Shown: positions 1-10,681 of the stretch, piece by piece | Numbering within the stretch: position 1 is the stretch's first letter | Layout of the letters: each line of letters opens with the position of its first letter | NCBI GenBank assembly: GCA_965197905.1 | Contig: CBDAOB010000005.1 | Coordinates: 928,001-992,000 of the forward strand | Reading direction: 5' to 3' | Source of the DNA: Candidatus Latescibacterota bacterium | GTDB taxonomy: Bacteria; Latescibacterota; UBA2968; UBA8231 | DNA: 64,000 nt | Notes under the pieces: generated by a model | Seen by the model: only the letters and a program-made list of their open reading frames with translations | What the model was told of the DNA's origin: nothing | Database searches by the model: none | Program-made: the position numbers and the translations under genes

Positions 1-859
1 GTACGATGGTCATGTGGGGCATCGCCGCGATCTCGGCCGCCTGTTGGGGAGTGGCGTTAGAACCCAGGTCCAGCTCAAAGTTGCTTGAGGACAGCGCGAT
101 CTCTTTGTCGTGAATGATAACCTCGTCGATCAATGGCGTCCCAAAGTGGTAGTCATCGTATTTCTCCAGACGAACGAACTGGAACGGAGCCGTCTCAACC
201 AGCTTGAACGGTCCGGTGCCAGCCGCACCGGGGTCTCGCCATGTCTTGAGACCCTCCACCTTGCTGCTCTCGCCGGCGATCTCCAGCTGGTGTTTGGGCA
301 GTATGGTGAGGTTGCCGATTGCCCACATGAAGAAGGGGGCCGGATGTGCCAGATAGAATTTGATGGTGTGATCGTCGATCACCTTCAGGCCACTGATTCC
401 CTTCGCCTTGTGCGTCCGGTAATCGGGGGTGCCCTCAACGGCGAGGAACTGGGCCCTGTACCCGGCGGCCGGTAGATAGCGATCCATGCCGTAGAGAAAC
501 GTGGTTTCTACATCATATGCGGTAAACCGCTTGCCATCGTGCCAGCGGACGTCGTCGCGCAGATGGAAGGTATACTGAAGACGATCCTCGGAGATATCCC
601 AACTGTGAGCCAGGTTCGGATACTCAGCTTCGAAGTCGAGGTTGTTCTCGACCAACCGGTCGTAGACGAACCACCACGTGGGCCAGTGACCGTCGTTGCG
701 ATGGTGCCATGGCGGAGGGGTCCAAACCTCGTTGAGCAGCGCGCAGCGGATGTAGATCCTCTTCTTGGGTGGGTCCTGATCTTCCTCGGAAGAACCGCAT
801 CCCAAGGTGGTCGCCCAAAGTGCTAAGCCTGAAACGAGTGTTAGTAGGGTTTTGTCCAT
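1..859 (-). CDS. ABC transporter substrate-binding lipoprotein, family 5 (peptide/nickel type); runs off the window start
   Basis: Manual minus-strand translation from ATG at 859 gives MDKTLLTLVSGLALWATTLGC (lipobox), then YDRLVE, LAHSWDISED, YTFHLRDDVRWHDGKRFTAYDV, GTGPFKL and EKYDDYHFGTP, typical SBP_bac_5 motifs. Confidence 0.85.
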   Translation of the reverse strand, partial: MDKTLLTLVSGLALWATTLGCGSSEEDQDPPKKRIYIRCALLNEVWTPPPWHHRNDGHWPTWWFVYDRLVENNLDFEAEYPNLAHSWDISEDRLQYTFHLRDDVRWHDGKRFTAYDVETTFLYGMDRYLPAAGYRAQFLAVEGTPDYRTHKAKGISGLKVIDDHTIKFYLAHPAPFFMWAIGNLTILPKHQLEIAGESSKVEGLKTWRDPGAAGTGPFKLVETAPFQFVRLEKYDDYHFGTPLIDEVIIHDKEIALSSSNFELDLGSNATPQQAAEIAAMPHMTIV

Positions 860-1029
860 TTCTCAAGCCGTCTTCAAACAGCCCCATAGTCTGCTATAGT
901 TGTCGCAGAAAGACAACGGTCACGCTATTTGTGCGTCGGTAGCGGTTTGCAAGCTTGTCAGAGTCTGCGGCCAGTGTATAGATTTCCCCAGTTTGTCGAT
1001 TAGAGATCTACAGCCCACAAGGGGAAGGA

Positions 1030-3815
1030 ATGCGGATCATGTATCACACAGACAGCAGTAAGCAACGCCAGGGCAGTCTCCTAGCGGTTTTGTTTACCGT
1101 CGCACTGCTCTTCGCCGCCACCTCGCCGGCATTCTCGGAGGTGGTCATAAAAGGGGTGGTAACTGACGCCAAAGCCGGCATTCCCCTTCCGGGTGCCAAC
1201 GTCGCTTTGAAAAACGGTCTCAGCGGCACTATCACTGATGTTGACGGAACCTTCCGTTTGGCGGTCAAGAACCTTCCGGTAACCCTTCTGGTGAGCTACA
1301 TCGGGTACGAACGACAGGAGGTCGAGGTCGGCGAGAATCAGTATTTGAAGGTCGGTCTCGGAGAGATCGAGCTGACGACCGAAGATCTCGTGGTTGTCGG
1401 TTCGCGGTTCGAGCCGCGCACGGTGATTACCTCCCCGGTTCCCGTGGACAACGTCAAGACCAGTGAGCTCGCAGCGACGGGACAGCTCACCTTCGACAAG
1501 ATGCTGACCTACGCGGTGCCTGCCTTCAATTCGACGCAGCAGACTGTTTCCGATGCCACCGCCCATTTCGATCCCGCGGACCTTCGCCGGACACGTCAAG
1601 ACCAGTGAGCTCGCAGCGACGGGACAGCTCACCTTCGACAAGATGCTGACCTACGCGGTGCCTGCCTTCAATTCGACGCAGCAGACTGTTTCCGGCCACC
1701 GCCCATTTCGATCCCGCGGACCTTCGCGGTCTGGGACCCAGCCGGACATTGGTACTCGTCAACGGCAAGCGTAAAAATCCAAGCTCTCTGGTCTACATCA
1801 ACGATACCCCCGGAAAGGGGGAAGTCGGCGTCGACATGAAGAGCCTGCCCACTGCCGCCATCGAGCGCATCGAGGTGTTGCGGGACGGTGCCTCAGCGCA
1901 GTACGGTTCGGACGCTATCGCCGGGGTCATCAACGTGGTGCTGAAGGACGCCGATTCCGGCACCGATGTTCAGGTCTTCACCGGCTCCATGGACGAAGGG
2001 GACGGCGACTTTCGCGGGTACAGCGTCGCCTCCGGATTCAAGCTGGGCAGCAAGGGGTTCCTGCACCTGACCCACAGTTTTTCGGATCACGACGAGACCA
2101 ATCGCGCTGCCAGCCCGGGCGAGGACGTCCTGTTTGGCGTCGGCGCCGACGATCCCTGGATTCAAGAAAATCCCGATCTGGGAATGAGGATCGGGCTTCC
2201 CAACCTTACTACCTCGGATATCTCCTTCAATTCGAAACTGCCCATGGAAAACAACGTCGAGTTGTACGGGTTCGGCGGCTTACAGTACCGCAACGGCCGG
2301 AGCTACGCGATGTACCGGACACCGTACTGGATACCCGATCCGCACAACATCTACCACGACGAGGGCGAGCCGTATAGCGGTTTCCATCCCACCTTCGACA
2401 CGGACGTGTTCGACCGCAACCTGGCGGCGGGCGCCCGCGGTCAAAAGCGGGGTTGGGACTTCGACATCAGTCAGGTATTTGGCAGTAACACGGTAGGTTA
2501 CACGGTGCGCGAATCGCTCAACACGGACATGGGTGCGGATACGCCGACCACATTTCGGGCCGGCGGTTACCGTTTCTCCCACAACGTCACGGATTTGGAT
2601 TTGGCGCGTCGCTTTTACAACGCCAACGTTGCGATCGGCGCCGAATTCCGCACCGAGAGCTTCCGCGCCAAGGCGGGAGAGGAGGCGTCTTACCTGGGCA
2701 GCGGCACCCAGTCCTTCCCCGGATTACAACCGCAGAACGCGATCGATGCCCATCGCTACAACGCGGGCATCTACGCCGAAGTGGCTGTCGATCTGAGCGA
2801 ATCTCTGCTCGTTGGGGGGGCCGCCCGCTTCGAGAACTACAGCGACTTCGGCGACAACACTACCTGGAAACTGAACGGGCGCTACAAGCTCTCAGAAGAT
2901 AAGATTTCGTTCCGCGCCGCCGCTTCCACAGGGTTTCGCGCCCCTTCGTTGCACCAGATCTATCTGAGCAACATTCAAACCCTGGTTTCCGGTGGTTCTG
3001 TATCCAATCAGGGAACCTTCAACAACGAAAGCACCGTACTGCGACTGCTAAAGGTACCTCAGCTTAAGGAAGAGAACGCCTTCAATATCACCGCCGGCGT
3101 CGCTTTGCAACCCTCTTCGTCGTTGTTTGTGTCTCTCGATCTCTACCAGGTGGATGTGGATGACCGCATCGTGTATTCGAGCAGCATCGCGTCGACGGAT
3201 ACCTCGACCGTTCTGGGCCGTATCCTCGAGCAGTCCAACATTACAAGCCTGAAGTTCTTCACCAACGCGGTCGACACGCGCACCCGAGGCGTCGATTTCG
3301 TCACCTCTTACTCGCGGCCAATGGGTCGCGGGCTCATGGAGTTGGACCTGGCGGCAAATCTCACCGATACGGAGATCCAGGGACAGGTCTCCACGCCCGC
3401 TCCCATTGCCGCAACCGACACGGACATCTTTGATCGCAAGGAACAATCGCGCCTGTTGTCTGCCAGGCCCGACAGCAAGGTGCTAGTTGGTCTCGCATAC
3501 GAGCGCGGTCCGCTGAGGGCGAACCTGAACAACACTCGTTTCGGCGAGGTAACCTGGAAACATGCCACCGACTCTGATAAGGATCAGACCTTCGCGGCCA
3601 AGATCATCACCGATCTAAATCTGAACTATCAGATCAACACCGTATTGGGCATCGGCGTTGCGGTAAACAACCTGCTGAACGTCTATCCGGACAAGATAAA
3701 AAGCAAAGGCGACGTGTTGACCGATCTCGGCGGAAGGTTCCAGTACCCTTGGGAGGTCAATCAGTTCGGTTTCAACGGTGTTACCGGAAGTGGCCGACTG
3801 CATGTGAGGTTTTAG
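1030..3815 (+). CDS. TonB-dependent receptor with N-terminal carboxypeptidase-regulatory-like domain; split by a 140-bp duplication (881 aa if removed)
   Basis: Signal peptide, GVVTDAKAGIPLPGANV/GTITDVDGTF, plug motif LVLVNGKR...IERIEVLRDGASAQYGSDAIAGVINVVLK, STGFRAPSLHQ and a C-terminal Phe. ORFs 1030-1608 and 1749-3815 join in frame after deleting 1588-1727. Confidence 0.9.
1451..1727. repeat. Near-perfect tandem duplication: copy 1 at 1451-1587, 5-nt junction, copy 2 at 1593-1727 lacking 2 nt
   Basis: ACGTCAAGACCAGTGAGCTC...GATCCCGCGGACCTTCGC occurs twice with period 142; copy 1 reads TCCGATGCCACC where copy 2 reads TCCGGCCACC. Confidence 0.95.
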
Positions 3816-3838
3816 ATTCCCCTCACGACACACGCATG

Positions 3839-4270
3839 TTAGGGCTCCGCCGGTGACCAGTTCTGCGTCGACCCCGTCGAGTCGGTCAAGAGCAATGAAC
3901 CGCTGGCGGTAAGCGCCCAGCTCACCTCGCTCACCGCGCCGGCAAAGAAAGCCCCTCGCAGCACCAGCGACTCATCCTCGACTTCCCAAGAGCCGGGAAA
4001 ACTCACGCTTCCCCCGCTGGAAAGCTCGACTACCATGCGCAGGGTGCCGTCTGCCTCCAATGTCATCACGATCTCCACCTCACCCAAGCGCTCGTGAGTG
4101 CCGGAGGTCTGCCAGGTTCCGACCAGGGGATGAGCGGCTACAACCGGCTCCGGGTTGTTTCCCAAATCCAGCTCGGGCTCTTTTGAGCTGGAATCACAGC
4201 CAGATGCCGCGAGCGAAACCAGCAGCATGACGGCCAAGCCCAACGAAGTCGACGGTTTTCGCATGGTCAC
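3839..4270 (-). CDS. Small lipoprotein, lipocalin-like beta-rich hypothetical
   Basis: Hydrophobic leader ending LAASGC (lipobox); HPLVGTWQ and GSWEV motifs; 4-nt overlap with the upstream gene. Confidence 0.6.
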   Translation of the reverse strand: MTMRKPSTSLGLAVMLLVSLAASGCDSSSKEPELDLGNNPEPVVAAHPLVGTWQTSGTHERLGEVEIVMTLEADGTLRMVVELSSGGSVSFPGSWEVEDESLVLRGAFFAGAVSEVSWALTASGSLLLTDSTGSTQNWSPAEP

Positions 4271-6822
4271 CTGGCCCGAAGCCTGCGGGCGAGTGCCTCG
4301 GCCATCTGGGCGCTCTTGGGATCGCCAAGTTCGGAAAATTCTCGGCTCAGGTGAGCGAGGACGTCCGCTCCTGTTCCGGGCAGGCGGGTCTCGAGGAGCT
4401 GTCTATAAACCTTGAGTGCGCTAGATGGGTCATCGAATTCTCTATGGAGTCGCGCCAACGAGAGGTAGGCGTCGACCTGGTCGACGCCCAGGTCGAGGGC
4501 GCGGGAGAATGACTGGAGCGCCTGACTCTCCAAACCGCCGTCGAGGTAGACGCCGCCGAGGTAGACGCCGCCGAGGTTGTGGTGCAGGATCGGATTCACC
4601 GGATCCTGTTGCAAAGCGTGCAAATAAGCGCGTTCAGCTCCCGAAAGGTCTCCAAGGCCTCTGAGGGCCGTGCCCAGGTTGGCATGGGCTCGTGGATCAT
4701 CGGGAGCAAGATGAATCGATTTTTCGTAGAGGGGCACCGCTTTCTTCAGCTCTCCGACGGCGTAAAAGAGATTACCTGCGGTGTAGAACAGCTGGGGGTC
4801 AGGATGTCGCTGTGCCGCCTCCCGGATCATCTCATCAACCCGCTGCCAATTTCCTTCCAAAACCAGCAGCTCCAGCAGCCCCACGCGGATCTCGGTCCGG
4901 TCGGGAAAAGCGAGCACGCCCCTTTGCAGCGAGGCGATACGCAGCTCGCGCTCCTCGGTCAGCCGATATAGGTCGGCAAGCAGCAGATACAGGAAGGGGG
5001 TAGGGAGCACGACCAACGCCCGTTGGCACATCTCGATTGCGGCAACGACATCGCCGGCGGCACGCAACGCCAGGGCAGCCTGATGCAGTGGTCTGCTGTC
5101 GAACGGCGAATCCGCCGACCTTCGGACGGCGATGTCCGCGGCTTCTCGATACCTTTTCAGACCCATGAGGGTCTTATACTTACCCTCCAAGCTGTTGGCG
5201 CGGTCCGGATCGAGCTGCAGTGAACTCTGGAAGGCTTTTAATGCCCTGGCAAGTTTGCCCTCCGACAGAAAGCGGTTGCCCAGATAGTCGAACGCAACGG
5301 TCATGACATGCTTGTAGGTATCCGTTTGCCCCGAGGCCTCAGCGTATCGTTCAAGGCCGGTGATGATCTGAAGGCCCTGACCTCGAACCGCCGAATCCCC
5401 GTCCAGACTCAGAGCGGCGCCAAAAACCGAGTTGAGCTGGGGGTCGTCCGGGAAGACGGCGAGTCCCTCGCTAAGCGGGGTTTGGTAGTCGCCGCCCGAG
5501 ATCAGCGTCGATATCACCAGGGACAGGTAGGAGGCGTTGAGGGGAATGACGTCGGGCCCCCGATCGATGGCCCTGCGAAACTGCTCGCGTGCGGTATTGG
5601 TTTCCTTGATGGAGAAGTAATAGCGCGCTGACGCGTAATATCCTAGGGCTTCCGCCTTCTTGATCCCCACGTAGCTCGAGGCCAGCAGTGCGACACACCC
5701 GACGACGAAGGTCGCCCTGCCTGCTACCGCGTAGCGTGCGCCCACCAAGAAGCAAGCCCTTTGCAGGGCCAGAGCAGTCAAAGCGCAGCTTCCGACGCTG
5801 CCGAAATAGAGATAGCGGGCGATGCCTTCGTGCACCAGAGCCAGCGGCAGGAACGGAGCGAGGAAGAGGAAGGTCCAAAGCGACCAGCGAGAAGCGTGTT
5901 CGACATGTTTCCAGATCGTCCAGGCCAACAGCAGCGCCGCCACCGCTCCCACCATCTTCTCCCACGCCGGTTGCTCGTGAAACGGAAAATTCAGCCAGTG
6001 CGCGGAGGCAGCCAGGCGGCCAAGCAGCCAGAAAAGCGCCCCCGCAAGCTCCTGGGTCAGGGAACCCACATCCTTGGACAAATTGCCCTCGATGGCGATC
6101 CAGGTAGTCGTTCGCACCGACGTCATGGTCGGAACCGCCACGGCGACGGCGGCGCAGATGGCTCCAAGCGGAATTAGCCTGCGCGCGGCTGCCATCAGGG
6201 TTTCTCCTTGGCGCCAGGAGAGGTATACGCAAAACGGTAACAGCATCACCAAGGCTATGTGGGCGAATAGGCTAACGAGGATGGCCAGATGAAAACCGGC
6301 CAACCAGGAGCGGGTGCGGGTGTCGACGAATCGGAGATAGCACAGGACACATGCGAAGGCGAATATCAATGCCAGAGGGTAGTCAAGCGCAGTTATCCAG
6401 CCCACGGTAGCCACGTGGGCCACATTGACCAGGAAGAGCACCCCTCCGAGCAAGCTCAACTCGAGATTCATGCCAAGCTTCCGGCAAGCCAACGCCATCG
6501 AAAGGCTGGCAAGGGTGTGCAGCACCACCACTACCATGTGGTATACGCCCGGATCGTTGCCCCAGATCACGGATGGAAACCATTTAACGAATTCGGGTAT
6601 CGGTCGTCCGGAACCGACCCCTTTTTCTTCGGGTGGGGCGAACAGATACCAGAAGTTCTCACTGGTCTTGATGTTGTCACGGAAGTGATTCTGATCGTCT
6701 ATCTGGAGTAGATGCTCCCGGAGGCTGCCGAAGTTGACTGCCGCCAGGAGAACCACGAAAGAGATGTAGAACACCCACGTGAGGGTTCTGTCTGGTACGC
6801 GGAAATGGCACGAGCTGGACAA
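4267..6822 (-). CDS. Multi-TM GT-C-like (TMTC-like) membrane protein with C-terminal TPR repeats
   Basis: N-terminal TM then QIDD and GRPI, about 10 hydrophobic segments, RYLY motif, then TPRs (AHANLGTALRGLGDLSGAERAYLHALQQDP). Confidence 0.75.
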   Translation of the reverse strand: MSSSCHFRVPDRTLTWVFYISFVVLLAAVNFGSLREHLLQIDDQNHFRDNIKTSENFWYLFAPPEEKGVGSGRPIPEFVKWFPSVIWGNDPGVYHMVVVVLHTLASLSMALACRKLGMNLELSLLGGVLFLVNVAHVATVGWITALDYPLALIFAFACVLCYLRFVDTRTRSWLAGFHLAILVSLFAHIALVMLLPFCVYLSWRQGETLMAAARRLIPLGAICAAVAVAVPTMTSVRTTTWIAIEGNLSKDVGSLTQELAGALFWLLGRLAASAHWLNFPFHEQPAWEKMVGAVAALLLAWTIWKHVEHASRWSLWTFLFLAPFLPLALVHEGIARYLYFGSVGSCALTALALQRACFLVGARYAVAGRATFVVGCVALLASSYVGIKKAEALGYYASARYYFSIKETNTAREQFRRAIDRGPDVIPLNASYLSLVISTLISGGDYQTPLSEGLAVFPDDPQLNSVFGAALSLDGDSAVRGQGLQIITGLERYAEASGQTDTYKHVMTVAFDYLGNRFLSEGKLARALKAFQSSLQLDPDRANSLEGKYKTLMGLKRYREAADIAVRRSADSPFDSRPLHQAALALRAAGDVVAAIEMCQRALVVLPTPFLYLLLADLYRLTEERELRIASLQRGVLAFPDRTEIRVGLLELLVLEGNWQRVDEMIREAAQRHPDPQLFYTAGNLFYAVGELKKAVPLYEKSIHLAPDDPRAHANLGTALRGLGDLSGAERAYLHALQQDPVNPILHHNLGGVYLGGVYLDGGLESQALQSFSRALDLGVDQVDAYLSLARLHREFDDPSSALKVYRQLLETRLPGTGADVLAHLSREFSELGDPKSAQMAEALARRLRAR
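4542..4577. repeat. 15-bp perfect tandem repeat (2.4 copies), in frame (LGGVY LGGVY)
   Basis: CGAGGTAGACGCCGC x2 followed by CGAGGT. Confidence 0.9.
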
Positions 6823-6896
6823 AAAAGTTCAGGTGCAGCTAGGAGGGGACAGGCAAAGTTCCGTTTGCTGGCTCATTGAATGGCGTCGTGCTCTCA

Positions 6897-8237
6897 TCAA
6901 CACAGCTCGCTCAAAGCGTCCCGCAAGCTCTTGTCGATCAGGTCAGCGAGCTCGTCGATGTCCGCTTCGCGGGCGACGAGCGCTGGACCGACAGCAAACC
7001 AGGTCGGATCTATACGCATAATCAGGCCGTTGCGCAGGGCCGTTCGCTTCAAGGTCGAACCCAATTCTGGAAAGGGTTGCGACGGATCCCCGTCCTTAAT
7101 GAGGTCGACGCCGAGCAACATGCCGCGTCCGCGCACTTCGCCGACTACGCCCAGGTGTCGCAATGCCTCGAGCTTGCCAACCAGATAGTCGCCCAGCCCG
7201 CGCGTTTTTTGCGGCAAACGGTTCTCCACCAGTTCGTCGACGACCGCGACGCCGACCGCACAGCCCATCGGATTGTTGGCGTAGGTGTGCCCATGAGCGA
7301 AATTCAAGCTGTCTTCGGCCCCCCCCTCGAACGCCTTCGCCATACGCTCGTGAGCGATCATGGCGGCCAACGGGATAGCTCCATTGGAGATCGCCTTGCC
7401 GCAACAGATGATGTCGGGGATAATCTCGAAGGTCTGGGCGGCGAACATCGACCCGGTGCGCCCGAAACCGTTGATGATCTCGTCGAAGATCAGGACGACA
7501 TTGTGGCGGTCGCAGATCTCCCGCAGCAACTTGAAATACTCCGATGTAGGGGTGATTACACCGCCGGTCAGTCCGATCGGCTCGAGAATCACGCCCGCCA
7601 CCGTATTCGGGTCTTCGCCGATTATTACATCTTCGACGATCTCGGCGGCAAAACGGTTGCACTCCTCCCAGCTGTCGAAGCGATCCCGGTAATGGGTCGG
7701 GGGAAATACCTTCAAGAACCCACTCATCTGGGGCTCAAAGGGGGCTTTGCGCGCTCCCGTGCCGCTGGCGGCCATGGCGCCCATGGTGCCTCCGTGATAT
7801 CCCTGGTAGCGGCTAATGAATTTGTACTTGCCGGGACATCCGGTCTGCTTGCAATACTGTCGGGTGAATTTCAACGCCGATTCCATCGCCTCCGAGCCGC
7901 CGCTATAGGTCTTCACAAAGTTGAGGCCGGCAGGTGTTACCGATCCAAGCTTCTCGATGAAATCCAGGGCGACGTCCGCGACTCCGTGCATGGGTGGTGC
8001 AAAACTGAGCCTCGACGCCTGTTGTTTCAGGGCGTCAATGACCCGGGGGTGACCGTGTCCGAGGATGGCGACAAAGATGCCACCGATACCGTCGAAGTAC
8101 CGTTTCTGCTCGACGTCCCAGTAGTACAACCCTTCGGCCTTGTCGATGATCAGGGGTTGCTGCAGGAATCGTTCGGTGGGCTGGTAGTCGAGAAAGGTGT
8201 TTCGCAGCAACGAAATCCGGCGAGCGTCTATGCTCAT
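6897..8237 (-). CDS. Class III PLP aminotransferase (omega-transaminase/BioA-like family)
   Basis: GHGHP, SGGSEAMESALK, YQGYHGGT, LIFDEIINGFGRTG and DIICCGKAI (PLP Lys). Confidence 0.9.
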   Translation of the reverse strand: MSIDARRISLLRNTFLDYQPTERFLQQPLIIDKAEGLYYWDVEQKRYFDGIGGIFVAILGHGHPRVIDALKQQASRLSFAPPMHGVADVALDFIEKLGSVTPAGLNFVKTYSGGSEAMESALKFTRQYCKQTGCPGKYKFISRYQGYHGGTMGAMAASGTGARKAPFEPQMSGFLKVFPPTHYRDRFDSWEECNRFAAEIVEDVIIGEDPNTVAGVILEPIGLTGGVITPTSEYFKLLREICDRHNVVLIFDEIINGFGRTGSMFAAQTFEIIPDIICCGKAISNGAIPLAAMIAHERMAKAFEGGAEDSLNFAHGHTYANNPMGCAVGVAVVDELVENRLPQKTRGLGDYLVGKLEALRHLGVVGEVRGRGMLLGVDLIKDGDPSQPFPELGSTLKRTALRNGLIMRIDPTWFAVGPALVAREADIDELADLIDKSLRDALSELC

Positions 8238-8250
8238 CTCCTGGGAGCTC

Positions 8251-9456
8251 CTACGTTTCGTCGGGAGTGCAAAAGCCTACCGCCGTCAACGCAAATACCT
8301 GCGCCGCGCGCGCGAGTTCAGCGATCGGTACGCATTCGTAAACGGTGTGAGCGCCGGTGCTGCCTGGGCCGTGGGTCAATACGGGGACTCCGGCGAGTTC
8401 GGCATACGTGTTGCCGTCGTCTACAAACGGCTTGCCCGCAAGGGGGAGTGCCTGGCCGCAAACCGTACGGTGAGCATCCTGAAAGGCATGAATGAAAGGG
8501 TTCTCCGGGTTCACGTGGAAGGCGTCGCCGCGAGTGCCGAAATCCACCTCCATACGGGTTTTGGTGCTGGCAGCGACCTCGCGGAGAATTTCATCGATCT
8601 CAGCTTTTGCCATAACCTCGGCTCCGGGCTCGACCCAGCGGCGCGTGCCCTTGAGGTAGCACTCGGTGGCGGCTTGATTGTAGATCTCGCCGCAGCTGAA
8701 CGATCCCAGAAACAGGGAGTCAAGACCGGAATATGGGTGCGAGCGCTTCGCCACTACCGCTCCCAGTTCTCTTAGTCTCCGGGCCAGTTCCACACCGGCT
8801 CCGAGCACGTCGGGCAAACCATCCGGCCGCAGGACCTCGTGTACCGGATCGCCATCGCGGCTAACCGTGAACTCGAGGATTGCCATACCGCGCCCGGCGA
8901 TCGGCAGATGTGTCGACAGGTATTCGGGAAACAGAACGGCGTCTCCGGTGTAGCCCTCCTCGATCAGCGCGACGACCTGGCGGCGATCGCCCCACGGACC
9001 TTCGTGATGATCGTGGGCGGTCAGCAACACGCTTCCCGCCGGCAGGCAGTCGAGGTCGCGCAGCACCCGCATCGCTTCCACGCACGCGGCGAGGCCACCC
9101 TTCATGTCGGCCGCTCCCGAGCCGTAGAGATTCCCTCCATCTTCCCGGGGAGGCACAAACGGCAGATGTACCGTGTCCAGATGGCCGTCGAACTGCATCA
9201 CCTTCCCCGGTTTCCCCGATTTCAGGCGCGCAACTACGGCGGGCGACTCGGGCCAGTTCGCCACCGGACGTTCCACCTGGAAGCCGTCCTGCCGCAGGAT
9301 CGACTCGAGGCGATCGGCGGCCGCCCCGGCACTCAAGGTCGGGCTGGGGATCTCAATTAGAGATGTGGCCGTCTCAACCAGCCGAGCAACATCAATGGCC
9401 TTACCAACATCCTGGGTGGGAAGCCGGTTACTCACAGCGGGACTGCTCATTTGCAA
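8251..9456 (-). CDS. M20 family metallopeptidase/deacylase (ArgE-like)
   Basis: DGHLDTV, YGSGAADMKGG and HGPG...AHTVYECV. Confidence 0.85.
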   Translation of the reverse strand: MQMSSPAVSNRLPTQDVGKAIDVARLVETATSLIEIPSPTLSAGAAADRLESILRQDGFQVERPVANWPESPAVVARLKSGKPGKVMQFDGHLDTVHLPFVPPREDGGNLYGSGAADMKGGLAACVEAMRVLRDLDCLPAGSVLLTAHDHHEGPWGDRRQVVALIEEGYTGDAVLFPEYLSTHLPIAGRGMAILEFTVSRDGDPVHEVLRPDGLPDVLGAGVELARRLRELGAVVAKRSHPYSGLDSLFLGSFSCGEIYNQAATECYLKGTRRWVEPGAEVMAKAEIDEILREVAASTKTRMEVDFGTRGDAFHVNPENPFIHAFQDAHRTVCGQALPLAGKPFVDDGNTYAELAGVPVLTHGPGSTGAHTVYECVPIAELARAAQVFALTAVGFCTPDET

Positions 9457-9574
9457 ATTGCCACAGGATGGGCAAGTTTATTGGCTCGGTACGTGAATGG
9501 CCGAAAAACGCACTGCAACGGTGCGAATACGAAGCCCTTTTCCGATTATACAGTCAAGTTTTCAGGAGTATTCA

Positions 9575-10633
9575 ATGCCCCAGTTTTCCGCAGAAGAGTT
9601 GGTAGACGCCGCGGCCACCGCGTTGCAAGCCGCGGGTGCTTCACCAGAGAATGCCAGCGTCGTCGCTCGGCTACTGACCGAGGCCAATCAGACCGGTCAC
9701 GATTCCCACGGAGTGATTCGTCTCCCTCAGTACCTGCAGGCGGTTGACGATGGAGATATGATACCAGACGCCGAAATAACCATTCCGCATGAAAATCCGA
9801 TTACCGCCGTGGTCGACGGGAACTGGGGATTCGGACAGGTGACGATGACGCGCGCTGTGGAAATGGGGTTGGAAAAAGCGGCAAAGAGCGGGCTTGCTGC
9901 TGTTGCCGTGCGCGGAGCCAACCACATCGGCCGCGTTGGCAGCTATGCGGACCACTGCGCCCGCGAGGGCATGGTGGCACTGCTGTTCGTCAACGCAGTG
10001 GGGATTCCGGCGTACCGCATGGCACCCTGGGGCGGCACCGAATCGCGTCTGGCCACAGATCCTATGGCTTTCGGCATACCCGCGCCTGGAGGTGATCCGG
10101 TGGTAATCGACATGACCACCACCGTAGTCGCCGAAGGCAAGGTGCGCCTCAAGCGGAATCGTGGCGAGCAAACTCCAGACGGTTGGCTCCAGGATGCCGA
10201 GGGCAATCCCACCACAGACCCGACTGTGCTCTACGAGGCGCCGTACGGCAGCATCCTTCCGCTTGGGGGAACGACCGCCGGCCACAAAGGGTACGGGCTG
10301 AACGTGGCGTTAGAGTTGCTCGGGGGTGCTCTCAGCGGGACCGGCTGTGTCAGTGTCGAGGGTCGCCTGGCCAATGGGGTCTTGCTGGTCCTGCTCGACG
10401 TCGAGCAGTTCATGCCGCTGGACGATTATTTCCGGAGTGCCACTACCTTCATTGAACATGTGAAATCCTCGCCGCCGGCCACCGGAGTGGACGAGATTCT
10501 CCTTCCCGGCGAGATCGAGCAGAAGGTGAAGCGGCAACGGGAAGCCGACGGCATCTACATAGAGGAAGAGACCTGCCGGCAGGTGGCGGAATGGGGGAAG
10601 AAGCTCGGAGTCGAGCTCGGTATGAAGGTCTGA
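9575..10633 (+). CDS. Ldh_2 family NAD(P)-dependent oxidoreductase (malate/L-lactate/ureidoglycolate dehydrogenase type, YbiC-like)
   Basis: GHDSHGVIRLPQY, VDGNWGFGQ, NHIGRVG, DMTT, GHKGYGL and LPGE; AGGAG RBS before ATG 9575. Confidence 0.9.
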   Translation: MPQFSAEELVDAAATALQAAGASPENASVVARLLTEANQTGHDSHGVIRLPQYLQAVDDGDMIPDAEITIPHENPITAVVDGNWGFGQVTMTRAVEMGLEKAAKSGLAAVAVRGANHIGRVGSYADHCAREGMVALLFVNAVGIPAYRMAPWGGTESRLATDPMAFGIPAPGGDPVVIDMTTTVVAEGKVRLKRNRGEQTPDGWLQDAEGNPTTDPTVLYEAPYGSILPLGGTTAGHKGYGLNVALELLGGALSGTGCVSVEGRLANGVLLVLLDVEQFMPLDDYFRSATTFIEHVKSSPPATGVDEILLPGEIEQKVKRQREADGIYIEEETCRQVAEWGKKLGVELGMKV

Positions 10634-10681
10634 CAGGCGGGGCGCCCGAATCGAAATGCTAAAAGGCGGAAAAGTTGAATT

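Noticed and set aside
955..984. TTGTCA...TATAGA promoter or a riboswitch upstream of the first TonB receptor
   Set aside because: Spacing and match are mediocre, and no cobalamin or TPP riboswitch consensus is visible.
1451..1727. Repeat pair as a DGR template/variable repeat
   Set aside because: The copies are adjacent and differ only by a 2-nt indel, not by adenine-specific substitutions.
6876..8495. 539-aa plus-strand ORF and many other long antisense ORFs (e.g. 35945-37153, 57705-59189, 59313-60686)
   Set aside because: Shadow frames opposite well-supported genes in GC-rich DNA, with no motifs.
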